Source of the DNA: Octopus sinensis
Taxonomy: Eukaryota
Reading direction: 5' to 3'
NCBI RefSeq assembly: GCF_006345805.1
Contig: NC_043005.1
Span: 24,924,001 to 24,988,000, forward strand
DNA: 64,000 nucleotides
Below are positions 13,856 to 26,505 of this stretch, piece by piece (positions within the stretch are counted from its first letter, which is position 1; the number at the start of each line of letters is the position of its first letter). The notes below the pieces were generated by a model. It searched no databases and was not told the origin of the DNA. It was given only the letters and a program-made list of their open reading frames with translations. The translations under genes and the position numbers were made by a program.

Positions 13856-14769
13856 GTATATGTATGAATGTATGTATGTTTGTATGTAAGTATATATATA
13901 TGGTATTTGTATGTGGAAAGTGACATAAGTATGCATTTGCACTTTTGTATATAAGCATATATATATATATATATATATATATGTATACATGTATGTGCAG
14001 TGTGTGTGTGTGTGTGTAACTGTGTGTATATATTTGTCCATCCCATGTCTGTTTTTTTTATTTAATGCTTATATATATGTATATGTATGGTTCTGTTCAT
14101 ATCTTCCTGCTAATTGTTCATTCTGAGCATAATCCCACTGCATAGCTTTTTGCATGTCTTGAAACTCTGGTCTTAGGTTGGTCAATTCCTCGTCATTTGT
14201 ATTTGGCTGGTGGAAAATATATGGCTGGCTGATAAACTTCTGCTTTGTTAGCTTTACGCACACATACACATGCATGGGCACAAACTTGTCAATCTTCTAT
14301 ACATATTTCATTACCCAAATGGCTGTGTGGTTAAGCAACTTCATTCCAAACTTTGTCAGTGAATTTGGTTGATGGAAACTGGAAGAGATCCATCATGTGT
14401 GTGCATACATATGTGTATTTGTGTCTCTTTGTCTTAGCAACGTATGGTATCTGTTAACAAATATGAGCTTCATACAAGGGATTTTATTTGTTTGCAAGCT
14501 TCCACAAAAGCAGATCTGTTCATATTTGAAAAAGTTGGGAAAATATTAACCTTGCCTGGAAACAGGTGAGGTTTAGCATCAAGGAAGGAGGCCAATTGGG
14601 GAAAACCTGCATCAATGAATTTCATCTGATCCATTATGCAAGCATAGAGAAGTGGATGTTAAAACAATGATCTTTCATCTTTTACTTGTACATAATTCCT
14701 CATCTCTTAAATATAGAACTGTATTATAAATTTATGTTAGTCAAACTATATTTTATCAACAACATATTT

Positions 14770-15125
14770 TTTTGTTTTTACTTGTTTCAGTCATTTGACT
14801 GTGGCCATGCTGGAGCACCGCCTTTAGTCGAGCAAGTTGACCCCAGGACTTATTCTTCGTAAGCCTAGTACTTATTCTATCGGTCTCTTTTGCTGAACCG
14901 CTAAGTTATGGGGACATAAACACACCAACATCGGTTGTCAAGTGATGTTGCGGGGACTAACACAGACACACAAAAATATCCGTCTACCAAATCCACTCAC
15001 AAGACTTTGGTCAGCCTGAGGCTATAGTAGAAGACACTTGCCCCAGGTGCCATGCAGTGAGACTGATCCCAGAACCATGTGCTTGGTAAGCAAGCTACTT
15101 ACCACACAGCCACTCCTGTGCCTAT
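14770..15125 (-). mobile_element. SINE family A
   Basis: Reverse complement of 10675-11066. Confidence 0.85.
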
Positions 15126-16339
15126 GGCTACTTAAATTTTGGATCCTGTCAATCTTGTGGAAAGTAACACAAATCAGTAAGTTATTAGTTCAGAAATACT
15201 TGTGTTACACTCACCAAAAGAAGGGTTTCATTGCCAATGTTTATAACTGATGCAACCAACAGTAGTTGTAATTTGTCATTAAGTTCAGTGACACATAGCA
15301 CCTCACATGCACAATAATCCTTCAAGTCAGCTTCTAGTAATTTGTATGCATTCATTATTGACATCAGTAAAACCAAATCGAGAACAGGTAAAGCTAAATG
15401 ATGGAAATTTTTCTTAAAGGCAAGAATTTTGTCATGAAATTTGCCTGGTAGATTTAAGTTTAATATCACTGTTTGGCACTCTGGGTGACTTTTGTGGAGT
15501 CCACTCTGTTTGCAAGGTTTTGGGTCAGGTCTCTGATTTAAGGATACCTTCATCTTTTCCTCTCACTTTTCTTGGAGGGTCACAGACACTGCTTTTCTGA
15601 CTAAAAGGTAAAATACACATCTATACATGGTGTCATGGTTCACTGGTTTCTTTTCATTGACTTACCTGTTGTTTCACTTTAATTTTGTTGTATAATTTAG
15701 AAAAAAGTTTCTTTTATGTTACAAACCACTTAAAATGAATTAATTTACATTAGGTCTCAAATGAAATCTTTAAATGTCTCCTTGTCCCTATCTTGACATA
15801 TTAATTTTTAAGTAATTCACTGTTCATGTGTCAAAATGCTGTTTTACAATAGGTAGGGGCATATTCTAAAAGTGAAGTGAATCTCATTGTTGTTAGTGAT
15901 CCAATCTTTTGCAAAAGGTAAATATTTCAATATGGTTTATGTTAACCTCTCAAACGTGTGCTCAGTCACTCAGTACAGAATGAAATTACAACACCAGGTG
16001 AATTTTGAAAATGGGCAACATATACTGTAAAAGGTGATTGTGCTGGCCTACAGGTCTGTGACAAATTCCATAAGACATTGAAGGAACGGGTAGTTGCTTC
16101 ACCTTCACAGTCCTGTTAAGAAACCGAGGCTATTTTAGACTGAATGAATAATTCTGCATATTTCTACATATTTCTACGCATTTCTTAAAGATTTACCTGT
16201 AGAATGCCTTTCTGCAAATTCCATTAGATAAGGAACCTTGTTCATAGATCAGTGTCATTGTGTTGTTCAGATTGTTTCATTTTAAGTTCATGCATTTTGG
16301 ATTGTTTGTTCTCCATACACTATCCAGGTTTACCATCTT

Positions 16340-16800
16340 ATATTTGTTTTGTGTACTTTGAATCGTGTTTTGTATCATATATCTTGTATCTTGTATCATG
16401 TGTCTTTCAGCTGGTGTCCTGTGTTATATATCATGTGTCTTATGATTTGTGCTTTGTGTCTTGTACCTTCTGTCTTTGTCAGTTATCTTGTAGATTATGT
16501 CTTGTTTCTTGCCTCCTATATCTTGTATTTTATGTCTTGCATCTTGAATCTTGTATCATATGTCTTAGGACCTGTATCTCGTACTGTGTGTCTTACATCT
16601 TATCTCTTCCATCTTGTATTTAGTGACTTGTCTTCTGTTTTCCATTTTCCATCTTGTCTCTTACATGTTTCTCTTCATCATCTTTTTTCTCATCTTCCAT
16701 TTTTCATATTCCAGCTTCCATCACCTGTCATCCTCCTTATGCCTTCCATCTTATCTTGCTCATCTAATCTTTACTGTCACCTTCTTTATCCACACAACAG
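16340..16800. repeat. Degenerate 7-mer (TCTTGTA-like) low-complexity tract
   Basis: Repeated tcttgta/tgtgtct grading into tcttcca. Confidence 0.7.
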
Positions 16801-17366
16801 CTTCTTTTTCTCATCAATAATCTTTTGTCTTATTAAGTATTATTAAATCCTCTTAAATTTTTCTAAATCTTCTGTTTTTTTTTCTCTTGTCTTTTGCTTT
16901 TCCCTTTTGTACTGCACTATGTGAAATCTAGAATGATCAATAGCCATTGTGATTGTATTTATTTTATTATGCAGTAGTCAATGATGAAGACCAAATTTGA
17001 ATATGAAACCAAAAAACAAAAACAACAATAACATTAATATATTATTTATTTTAGTAGAGTCACACCTGCAAAGTCTTGTTCTTAGAGAGAGATGTAATCT
17101 TGGTTTTGTTATATTCTTGGCAGTAATGTCTGTTAATTCTACTGTAAACTTTCATTCTTTGAATAGTTGGATTATTTCTTTGTTTTATACACATGCATAC
17201 GTACGTACATACATACATATGTACATACATACATACATATGTACATGCATGCATACATACAAACATGCATACATACAAACATACATACATACAACCCTAC
17301 ATACATACAAACCTATATACATACATCATACATACATACATATGTACATACATGCACACATTCATA

Positions 17367-18179
17367 CAAGCGTGTACCCAAAAGAAACCAATATTTTGCA
17401 ATATTATTTTATTCACTTAGCTTTACATGTTTACACTTTAATCACCTTCAAAGTATTCTACATTTGAAGCAATGTATCAGTCCAGGTGTGTTTTCCACTG
17501 TTTAAAGCAGTGCTGGAACTTTCGTGAAGTGATGCCTTTTAACACTTCTATTGTTTTTTTTTTTCACTTCTTCCACATCTGAAAATTCCATAACACCAGC
17601 AATGATCTTTGGAAAAAAGTCTGGATCAACTTCCAACTGTGTTTTCAGTTCACGACACGTTCATTTGTGACTGCTTTTGATCTTCTGTGAGCAAGCAGGA
17701 CACAAATTTTGCTGTAACTCTTTTCATTTTCAATTCCTCACTCAAAATTCATTGGTTTGAGTTCCAGGATATACCAGTCTTATCAACAAGTTTGTCAATT
17801 GTTCAGCAATGGTACCCCCAAAATCAGTTCATGAATTTTCATGATGTTTTTATTTGTTTAGTAGGTCAACAGTAGCCCTGAATGAGGTTGGTCTTCAAGC
17901 AACAAGTGGCCATTCCTAAAGCATGAAAACCACTTGTAAATTTACATCGGCCTTGTAAGCTGTTTGAAGTATGACAACTATTTTGGCTGCTGTTTTTCCC
18001 ATCAGAAAACAGAATTTCATGGAAACATGCTTTTCATTCATTTCAACCATCACAAAAATTGATGAGCAGGAGCGAAGCACTACAAAACAAAGATGCACCA
18101 CATGACAGTAGGACCCCATTCACTGCCACTGGGTTTGACCCACAGAAAATGTTTTGGGTTACTTTTGGGTACCCACTTG
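17367..18179 (-). mobile_element. Non-autonomous mariner
   Basis: TIRs caagcgtgtacccaaaagaaacc / ggttacttttgggtacccacttg, both flanked by TA. Minus strand reads MVEMNEKHVSMKFCFLMGKTAAKIVVILQTAYK, a mariner N-terminus. Confidence 0.8.
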
Positions 18180-18657
18180 TACATACATACATACATACAG
18201 ACAGACCGACATACATATAGAGAGACAGACATACATATGCACACACATACATACAGACAGACACACACACACACTCACATTTATGCATTCATGCATAGTC
18301 AAAAGACTACAACCTTTCTTGTTGAACTCTTTTACATGTATCTGCCTGTAATTGTTGAACTCAATGTTCTGAATCTTTCTTTGTAATGTCTACTCAGGGA
18401 TATTGACAATCACTGTTAGAAGCATAGGAACAATACCATGGGATTAAAATTTTTGTAATTTAAATGTACAGAAATTATGCTGATTCTGATTGCCATGGCT
18501 GATGAAGGGCTTTCTGTGTTTAGTTGTCCCTTGATTTTTGCTAAATACATGCATATACATTTGTGTGTGTGTGTATATGTAAGAAATGATTCTAATGATT
18601 CCTACCTATACAGTTGTTTAATCAATTAGTTAATTAATGTGTTGTTATTCTATGCAG

Positions 18658-18758
18658 GTGATGGTGTTATTGACAAAGATGAATATTCAGCTTTTATGAA
18701 AGCTTTTGCATACAATGGAGAAGGTGATCCCGTGAAAAATTTCACAATCTTGTGTCAG
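18658..18758 (+). CDS. Internal coding exon, same EF-hand gene
   Basis: TGCAG acceptor, GTAATA donor; 101 nt, phase 1 in and phase 0 out: (G)DGVIDKDEYSAFMKAFAYNGEGDPVKNFTILCQ. Splicing gives the canonical 12-residue EF loop DLNGDGVIDKDE. Confidence 0.9.
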
Positions 18759-18837
18759 GTAATACTAGATTTTTATTGTTCCACACAACATACACAAACA
18801 TACATACAGTATACCCATCTGTATTATGCATAACTCT

Positions 18838-19252
18838 TACTCTTTAACTTGTTTCAGTCATTTGACTGTGGCCATGCTGGAGCACCACCTTTTTAGTTGA
18901 GCAACTCGACCCTGGGACTTATTCTTTGTAAGCCCAGTACTTATTCTATCGGTCTCTTTTTGCCGAACCGCTAAGTGACGGGGACGTAAACACACCAGCA
19001 TCGGTTGTCAAGCAATGCTAGGGGTACAAACACAGACACACAAACACACACACATACATACATACATACATATATATATATACATATATATGACAGGCTT
19101 CTTTCAGTTTCCGTCTACCAAATTCACTCACAAGGCATTGGTCGGCCCGGGGCTATAGCAGAAGACACTTGCCCAAGATGCCACGCAGTGGGACTGAACC
19201 CGGAACCATGTGGTTGATTAGCAAGCTACTTACCACACAGCCACTCCTGCGC
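18838..19252 (-). mobile_element. SINE family A
   Basis: Reverse complement of 10675-11066. Confidence 0.85.
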
Positions 19253-19537
19253 CTATAAGTATATAAATATACATAAACACAAATAGAGAAGCAGCTGGAC
19301 CATCAGAAATAGATACTAAGATGCTGAAAAAATCTACTGATGTAGCACTATTTATTCATATAGCTTGTCAGCTAATAGAGAGGTGTCATTCCAAATCACT
19401 GGTAAAATATATCCTCTTCAACTGCTATGAGAGTTAATAAGATGCTCTCGACCAGGATTTCTCAACCATTTTTTAATCTATGGACCCCTTTAATTACCAT
19501 TTTATTCCGGTGGATCCCATAGCTATTAGATGTTTAA

Positions 19538-19758
19538 CCCTTTTGTTACTGTATTTATTTTGAGATGCTCTGTGTTTCTTTCAATTAATTTTAAATATAA
19601 CAAAGAATTTAGTAAAATAACTTAGTTATCATTCAGCTAGTGTTAGGAACATAAATTGTGACTAAGGTTTGGTGGAAGATTTTAATTCAAAGCTTATAAA
19701 AACGAGACATTTGTATTCAGAGCCAGAGCTGGTTTCAGCCGGGTTGGTAACGAAAGGG
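19538..19758. mobile_element. piggyBac-type MITE, 221 bp
   Basis: 12-bp TIRs cccttttgttac / gtaacgaaaggg (1 mismatch); TTAA on both sides (19534-37, 19759-62). The paralogous empty site gatgtTTAAaaact is at ~19966-19979. Confidence 0.85.
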
Positions 19759-20050
19759 TTAAAAACTAGTTTTATAGAAACTGCTTTCAAAATTCCTATC
19801 TTATTTTTCACGCATTAACTTGTGTAAAATGTCAGGGAAAGAAACCCAGCTGTTTCTTGCAATAAATACCAATACGTACATCTAAAACAGGGGTTCTCAA
19901 CCATTTTTAAAATCTATCAACCCCTTTGATTACTATTTTATCCTGGTTGACCCCAGTAACCATTCGATGTTTAAAAACTTGTTTTATAGAAACTTTTGAA
20001 ATTCCTATTTTGTTTTTCACACTTGTGTAGATTGAGCAATGTAAAATATT

Positions 20051-20261
20051 CTTTTCTACTCTAGGCACAAGGCCCGAAATTTTGGGAGAGGGGGCCAGTC
20101 AATTAGATTGACCCAGCATGCAATTGGCACTTAATTTATCGATGCTGAAAGGATGAAAGGCAAAGTCGACTTTGGCAGAATTTGAACTCAGAATGTAAAG
20201 ACAGATGAAATACCACTAAGCATTTTGCCTGGCATGCTAACGTTTCTGCCAGCTCGCCGCC
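20051..20261 (-). mobile_element. SINE family B with target-site duplication
   Basis: Head ggcggcgagctggcagaaacgttagc on the minus strand; tgtaaaatatt duplicated at 20040-20050 and 20270-20280. Confidence 0.85.
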
Positions 20262-20526
20262 CTGAACTCTGTAAAATATTAGAGAAAGAAACCTTGCTGT
20301 TTCTTCCATACCAATACATATGTCTAAAGTGAAATTTTGTCAGGGGCTCTTAAAATACTGTGGGTCCCCAATTTACTATTTTGTTATGTGAACTCCCAAA
20401 TATCTTCTGTGGACCCTCAGGGTGTCATATGGCCTTGGTTAAGAACCACTACTCTAGAATGAAACAACTAAATGTGTGTCTCACTGATGGGCCAAGTAAT
20501 GAAAGTAACAATATTTAAGGTTTAAT

Positions 20527-20742
20527 AAGGTGGTGAGCTGGCAGAATCGTTAGCACACCAGGTGAAATGCTTAGCTGTATTTTGTCTGTCTTTATGTTCT
20601 GAGTTCAAATTCTGCCGAAGCCCTCTTTGCCTTTCATCCTTTCAGGGTTGATAAATTAAGTACCAGTTGCATACTGAGGTTGATCTAATTGACTGGCCCC
20701 CTCCACCAAAATTTTGGGTCTTATGCCTAGAGTAGAAAAGAA
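20527..20742 (+). mobile_element. SINE family B
   Basis: ggtggtgagctggcagaatcgttagc head with B-box-like gagttcaaattc. Confidence 0.85.
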
Positions 20743-20885
20743 TATCTAAGGTTTAATTAATTAGGAAGAACTTTAGAGATGAAGTTTGATTTTTCTAATA
20801 AATCAGCGTACAACTAATGTTTTCTTCCTAAAGAGACAACTATAAGAAAATTTCTTACCTCAGGGCAATATTTCTTGAAGATATT

Positions 20886-21125
20886 TAGAATTTGTTGATT
20901 TGAAGAAAGCCTTGATGAATGGCTTGTGAGAGCCATGCTAACTTTGTACAGAGATGCTGTTAGCAAAATGAAAAGTAATGAGTTTGATGTACGATTTCGC
21001 TTGTGGGTAGGTATCCATCAGGGCTTGGCTATCAGCTTTTGTCTGTATATTATTGTTTCCCAGGGCATAAAATAAGAGTTTAAAAACCAGCTGATTGTGC
21101 GAAGTCCTGTAGGCTGATAAGCTCT
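20886..21125 (+). mobile_element. Degraded RTE reverse-transcriptase fragment
   Basis: Aligns by eye to ~27925-28215 (FVDLEKA...DEWLVRA...YRDA) with deletions and stops. Confidence 0.65.
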
Positions 21126-22158
21126 TAAATCAGAAGAAGGATTTATGAAAGTCCATAGCCATCAGTATATAAGCATTGAGCTCTGATCTCCTCTGTGCAA
21201 TGTGAGCCAAATGTTTTTTGCTTAACACATACCATCTTAGTCCACAACCCTATAAGTGATGTCCTGGTTGTCATCCAGATTGGATTGACCAACAAAGGAG
21301 ATGCACTTTTATTGTGATAATAGTGATGATAAAATGTTATTAGTTGTCAGTTAGCAGTAAGGTCATTTTCATCAATAAACTACCTACAAAGCTTACTAGA
21401 GGTTGTTGACAGTTTCTTTTTTCAAGTTGACTTAAGTGTCTTAGAGATAGTATAGAAGTCAGATTATGAACAGGTAGAAGGATTTAGAAAAGGGAACCAA
21501 GATGAATGGCATTATACTGTGCTTGAGAAGACCCATCCATCTCTGCAGAATTGAGGCTCTGTCAAGCCTTCTCCCACCATTCATCTTCTATTTACTTTGC
21601 TCCCCCTTACACTGAACTGATGTCCTCTCTGTCCAACTCATTCCCTATCTCTAATCATTTGTCACACTCAGTGCTCTTCCTGTTCTGTCTCTTATCCACT
21701 TTGTACCTGAACCTCATATCTCTTTCTCCTCTCTTTCTTTCTTTCTTTCTCTCTCTCACTCACTTCCAGGTGAGCAAGCTTTGTATTCATCTCCTCAGGA
21801 AAACACCTGCTCCTCTCCTTCTACCATAGTTTCTTTCTCCTGTCTTTGTTCTGTTCATTTAAACGGTCTTGTCTTGTGAGGTGAGTACTTGGCAACCTCA
21901 CTGCTGCGGGTGCCACATTAAAACCACTCAGTCCACTCTGTTAGGTGGTTGGCATTAGGAAGGGCATCTAGCTGTAGAAACCACGCTGATTTTCACCTAT
22001 CATGGGGGGTTTTGCAATGTAACAGCCACAATAGTCAAGGGGTTTACTGTATCTATCCACATAATTTCGAAAAGATTTGCTAAATGAATAGTTTAATAAA
22101 GTTAACTTGTTCATTAATGAATTGATTAATAACTAATTTATATAATTTCTTCGTACAG

Positions 22159-22275
22159 AAAAATGGAGACAAACTGGACCGAAGTTATTTCGCTGATCTG
22201 TGGTACCAATACTTGATGTCTGACACATTAGAAGACAGCCCAGGGAATTATTTATTTGGCAGCTCATTCAGCTGA
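22159..22275 (+). CDS. Terminal coding exon, same EF-hand gene
   Basis: TACAG acceptor; phase 0: KNGDKLDRSYFADLWYQYLMSDTLEDSPGNYLFGSSFS*. The D..D.PGN.LFG ending resembles SCP/calexcitin C-termini. Confidence 0.85.
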   Translation, partial: KNGDKLDRSYFADLWYQYLMSDTLEDSPGNYLFGSSFS

Positions 22276-22301
22276 ATTAGGGACCTGATGAGGAACCCTA
22301 T

Positions 22302-22307
22302 AATAAA
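22302..22307 (+). promoter_or_regulatory. Candidate polyadenylation signal of the EF-hand gene
   Basis: AATAAA 26 nt after the stop codon; ATTAAA at 22322-22327. Confidence 0.45.
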
Positions 22308-22646
22308 CAGAGACAAAATCAATTAAAACTATCATTTACTTTTTACGAACACTTTTATGTTTATCATTATTATTATTATTATTACAATTCGGTAGTTTTA
22401 TTTTCATTGCATGCTCACACTGTATTACTGAGATCAAATTTGTAATCCTTGACTATACACAATGTTTTGCTTTCCTGTTTTCTGTTGTACCAATTCCATA
22501 TAATAAGTGTGCAGTGATTAAGTAATTCTATTTTCCCTATGTTGTGTGCATATTTGTAAATTTAAGGGATTTTGCTCATGTATTTGTCTGCACTTCTTTT
22601 TTGATTATTCTCAAGGCACCTGTTGTTAATTATTATTATCATCTTA

Positions 22647-22857
22647 AAGGCGGCAATCTGGCAGAATCGTTAGGATGCTGGATGAAATACTTAGTAGTAT
22701 TTTGCACATCACTACATTCTGAGTTCAAATTCTGCTGAGGTCGACTTTACTTTTCATCCCTTCAGGGTCGATAAATTAAGTATCAGTGAAACACTGGGGT
22801 CGATCTAATCAACTAGTCCCCCTCCCTAAATTTCAGGCTTTATGCCTTTAGTAGAAA
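22647..22857 (+). mobile_element. SINE family B
   Basis: Same head and body as the other copies. Confidence 0.85.
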
Positions 22858-22859
22858 GT

Positions 22860-23455
22860 ATTATTATTATTATTATTGTTATTATTATTATTATTATTCT
22901 TATGTTATTACTATGTGAGAGAGCAGCGCATGCCATCAAATGACACTGGGGTACAAATATACAAAACCCATCGTGATTACCTGTTTGATAAGGGTACACC
23001 AAGCACATGCATCACAACCATATGTGCATGACATTCTGATGTCATATCAAGGTAAACAGTGCATGACCTTGTAGGTGGATGCCCAGTTAGAATTCTTCAG
23101 GCTGAATAGCTCACCCTACTCAAAAGGTCTCTGCATACGTTTTCTTTAAGGATGTTGAACAAAACACCTATGTTTCTAGAGATGAATTATCCAAACCCCA
23201 AAGAATTCCTCTCAATACATGGCTATGATGCTCCCCTACTACTTCTGCTCGGGATCAGAGATGCACATATCGCCAGCCACCAAGGGGACATGCTCAACTG
23301 GTTAAGGTCAAACAACTGACAAGCAAATCTGTGGTATTGAGCAGAATATTTTCTGTAGCCCATCTTTTATACAAAGACAAAACAATGTACATGATAACAC
23401 TTCCAATCAGTTAAGATCAGAAACCATGAGAGCCACTGCCTGGTACTGCATCAGG
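22860..23455 (-). mobile_element. Repeat family C (probable LINE 3' end with (AAT)n tail)
   Basis: Reverse-complement match to 51560-52050; both copies end in (AAT)n. Confidence 0.7.
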
Positions 23456-23459
23456 GCAT

Positions 23460-23830
23460 TTATTATTACCTCCGCCTTAGCAAAGGTGGAGGTATTGTTT
23501 TCAGTCGTGTTTGTTTGTTTGTTTGTTTGTGGCCAAGATATCTCGAGATCCGCTGGATGGATTCAGATGAAACTTTCAAGGATGTTTGGCCTCATGACTG
23601 GCACAAACTGATTAGATTTTGGGATCGATCAGGTATCGGACAAGAATTCTTGATTATTTTTCCTGCTTTTTACTTAATTTTTGAGAGCAGTTGGGTTCAT
23701 TTTTAGTATTCTTGTTTGTGAGTGCAATCGAATTTATTTCAGATATTCTCATTTTAAAATCATCTCCAGCTAATTGTTGTGAGGACATTGGTGTTGCCTT
23801 GGCAGAGATTTGTGCTCTCTGAGTGCTCTT
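23460..23830 (+). mobile_element. Helentron-associated (HINE/DINE-1-like) non-autonomous element
   Basis: Starts ttattacctccgcc, has a (TTTG)n tract, a subterminal inverted repeat ccttggcagag, and a 3' hairpin gtgctctctgagtgc. Confidence 0.65.
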
Positions 23831-25127
23831 GTTGTTGTTATTGTTGTTGTTATGATTTGTTATGACTACTACTACTACTACTGCTACTACTACTACAGGA
23901 GTCATTTCTGTTATCAACCTCCACATTGTGGTTGCTTCTGTTCCCCAGAACTTTATACTGGGATAATGTGAGAGGTACATTATTAGCTGTTATGATTGAT
24001 ACTTCAAAGAAACAACACCTTTTTTCTTGGGAACAATGTCTGGCTAATTAGTCTTGATACCCTTGTCTGTGTGGACTAGTGTATTCTAATGTATAGACGC
24101 TTTGTCATTCTCTGGAATTATTCATGGTATATGTTTTATATCATGTCTTTTCTGGTAGTATTCTTTAAAATCATGGCATAACATCTATCATTCCCAAACT
24201 ACACAAGCCAAAAAGAATGTAATTGAATGTTTCTTCTCTTATCTTCACACATTCTACAGTTACTTAAGCATTCTGCCTTATGTATGCTTTTGGGAGTTTC
24301 TGATGGGAAAGCTTTGATCCTGTATCACAATCAAAACTAATTCAGTCTTGGCTTTGAGCTCTGTACATCCATCCCAGCAAGGATTTTGACTTTTCTGGTC
24401 TACCTGTACCCTTTTCATTTATTTTTTTCTCACCTTCGGCAGTCACATTTTCCTTACCATCACTTTATCATTATATTCTGCTGTGCCATTTAAGGTTAAT
24501 GTTTATTTTTTTTCATAAAAACATTGCTGATTCTTTTAACAACTGCCTTCAGTTCTGTATATTTTTTTCCTGTTTTTTTTTTTTGAAAACAGAAAATGGT
24601 CTTTTTTTTGCTTTGCTTATATATTTTTTTTATCTCTTTGTATTTGTTTCCCTTTATTCTGCACTAGATATTTTTGTAGTCCTACAGTAGATATTTAATA
24701 TTTTTCTAGTTGCATATGGTACTCCCCACTCTGTATTTGTGGTATCTAAATGCAGTCATTATTCTCCTTGTTTAGACTTTCTTGTTTAAAATTCGATTTA
24801 GAACTTTATAAATATATCTTATTATTGGGACAGCTAGAGAATCGATATCTGTCACTTTAGTTTTTGTGTTTTTTTAATGAACTTTCACATTTGTCCTAAT
24901 TCTGTGTTGCTTTGAACAGCCTTATCCCTGCTGATTCATTTGTTGTCCTTGTTCATCTCCAGAATTCTTATGTTCTCTTTGCTTTTTGTAAGGCATTCAT
25001 TTCTATTTCAATTTTACCAAGTTCTTTGAACAAAATAAACACTTCAATTCCAACCCAAGCTTTAGGTTGGAATCAAAGAATCTTTTTAATTTCTCATATT
25101 CATAGTTTCTTTAAAATCTAGTTATGT

Positions 25128-25342
25128 CAAGGTGGCAAGCTGACAAAACTGTTAGCATGCCGGGCAAAATGCTTAGCAGTATTTCGTCTGTCTTTACGTT
25201 CTGAGTTCAAATTCCACTGAGGTCAACTTTGCCTTTGATCCTTTCGGGGTCGATAAATTAAGTACCAGTTGTGTACTGGGGTCGATCTAATCGACTGGCC
25301 ACTTCCCCCCAAATTTTGGGCCTTGTGCCTAGAATAGAAAGG
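25128..25342 (+). mobile_element. SINE family B
   Basis: Same head and body as the other copies. Confidence 0.85.
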
Positions 25343-26055
25343 AAAAATAAAAATAAAAATAAATTTAGTTATGTTTCATATATCTAAGTTAATTCTTTCT
25401 TTGTTCTGTTATGTTTCTGCTGTATCGCTGTCATTTTTATTGCTGTTGTTTTCTTATAACTTTGGATGTTGATAAAGTACCATTCATCAGTTAAAATTTG
25501 TGTTAATAATCATCATCATTCTCATAATAATTTTTTTTTCTTCTGTTACATATAAAAAAAAACCTAAGAAACTTTTTTAAAAAAAGAAACAAAATAAAAA
25601 CTATGCATGTTTTCAACCACTTTTCACGCACACATATTTATGCAAACTTTCCATATACATAGGCATGTTCAACACACATATTTTATTAAGAGAACAATAT
25701 ACATATTCATAATGATAAATAAACACGTCTGTTTATTGTATAAAGAGATCTTTCCCAAGATTTGTTGTGTGTGAGCGTGTGTGAGTGTTTACCATTGAAA
25801 CAATTGTTTTTGGATATTTGCTCAGTTTATTTGTGTTTAAGCAATTGCTGTTTTTCAGGTGTTTTGTGTTTATTTTAGCCACCAAATCCAGCAGCCCAGG
25901 TATCTTGGACAGTTTGGAACATACATAAATTAGAGATGAAAAAAAAAGAGTTCAAAAAGAACAATTCAAACATTTTGGGGGATCCAAAAAGAGAAAAAAA
26001 AATGTGTGTATATATATGTATGTATGTATGCATATATATCTGTGTATATACATAT

Positions 26056-26505
26056 GAGTCCACTGCATCCTATAGCAGAAACAGGTGTAAACTAATGCAG
26101 TTCATAAGATAATCATTTATTCCTTTATCACCTCATTTCCTTATTACTGTTCTGTGCTCGAGTAATGCTTCATTCTACATCAGGTTATTAGTCTCACAAA
26201 GCAATATATATATGCCTTAGCAATATATATATTGAAGAAAATCAGGTGACAAAAGAATAAATGATTTTCTTATGAACTTCATTGCTTCATATTCAAAGCT
26301 CTGATGAAGCTATAAAGTGTTACACAGGCACTCAATGTGAGTCCACTGCATCTTATAGCAGAAACAAGTGTAAGCTAATGCACTTCATGAGATACTTGTT
26401 TATTCCTTTGTCACCTCATTTCCTTATTACTCTTCTGTACTCGACTAATGCTTCATTCTGAAGCAATAGTATATTGACTTCTACACCAGATTATTAGTCT
26501 TGCAA
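26056..26505 (+). mobile_element. 283-bp tandem unit (~1.6 copies) carrying a type I hammerhead; retrozyme-like or Penelope pLTR-like
   Basis: gagtccactgcatc starts at 26056 and 26339. Complete hammerhead fold at 26297-26376; 3' half of a second one at ~26071-26093. Confidence 0.65.
26297..26376 (+). ncRNA. Near-intact minimal type I hammerhead ribozyme
   Basis: Stem I AGCT/AGCT; CUGAUGA 26301-07; A.A pair then stem II GCUAUAA/UUAUAGC; GAAA 26361-64; stem III CAAGUG; GUA site 26370-72. Confidence 0.65.

Larger units (their letters stand above)
19453..20451. mobile_element. Tandem pair of hAT-like MITEs carrying nested insertions
   Basis: Left ends caggatttctcaacc (19453) and caggggttctcaacc (19888); right end ggttaagaaccacta (20437-20451). 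The two internal sequences align. Confidence 0.6.
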
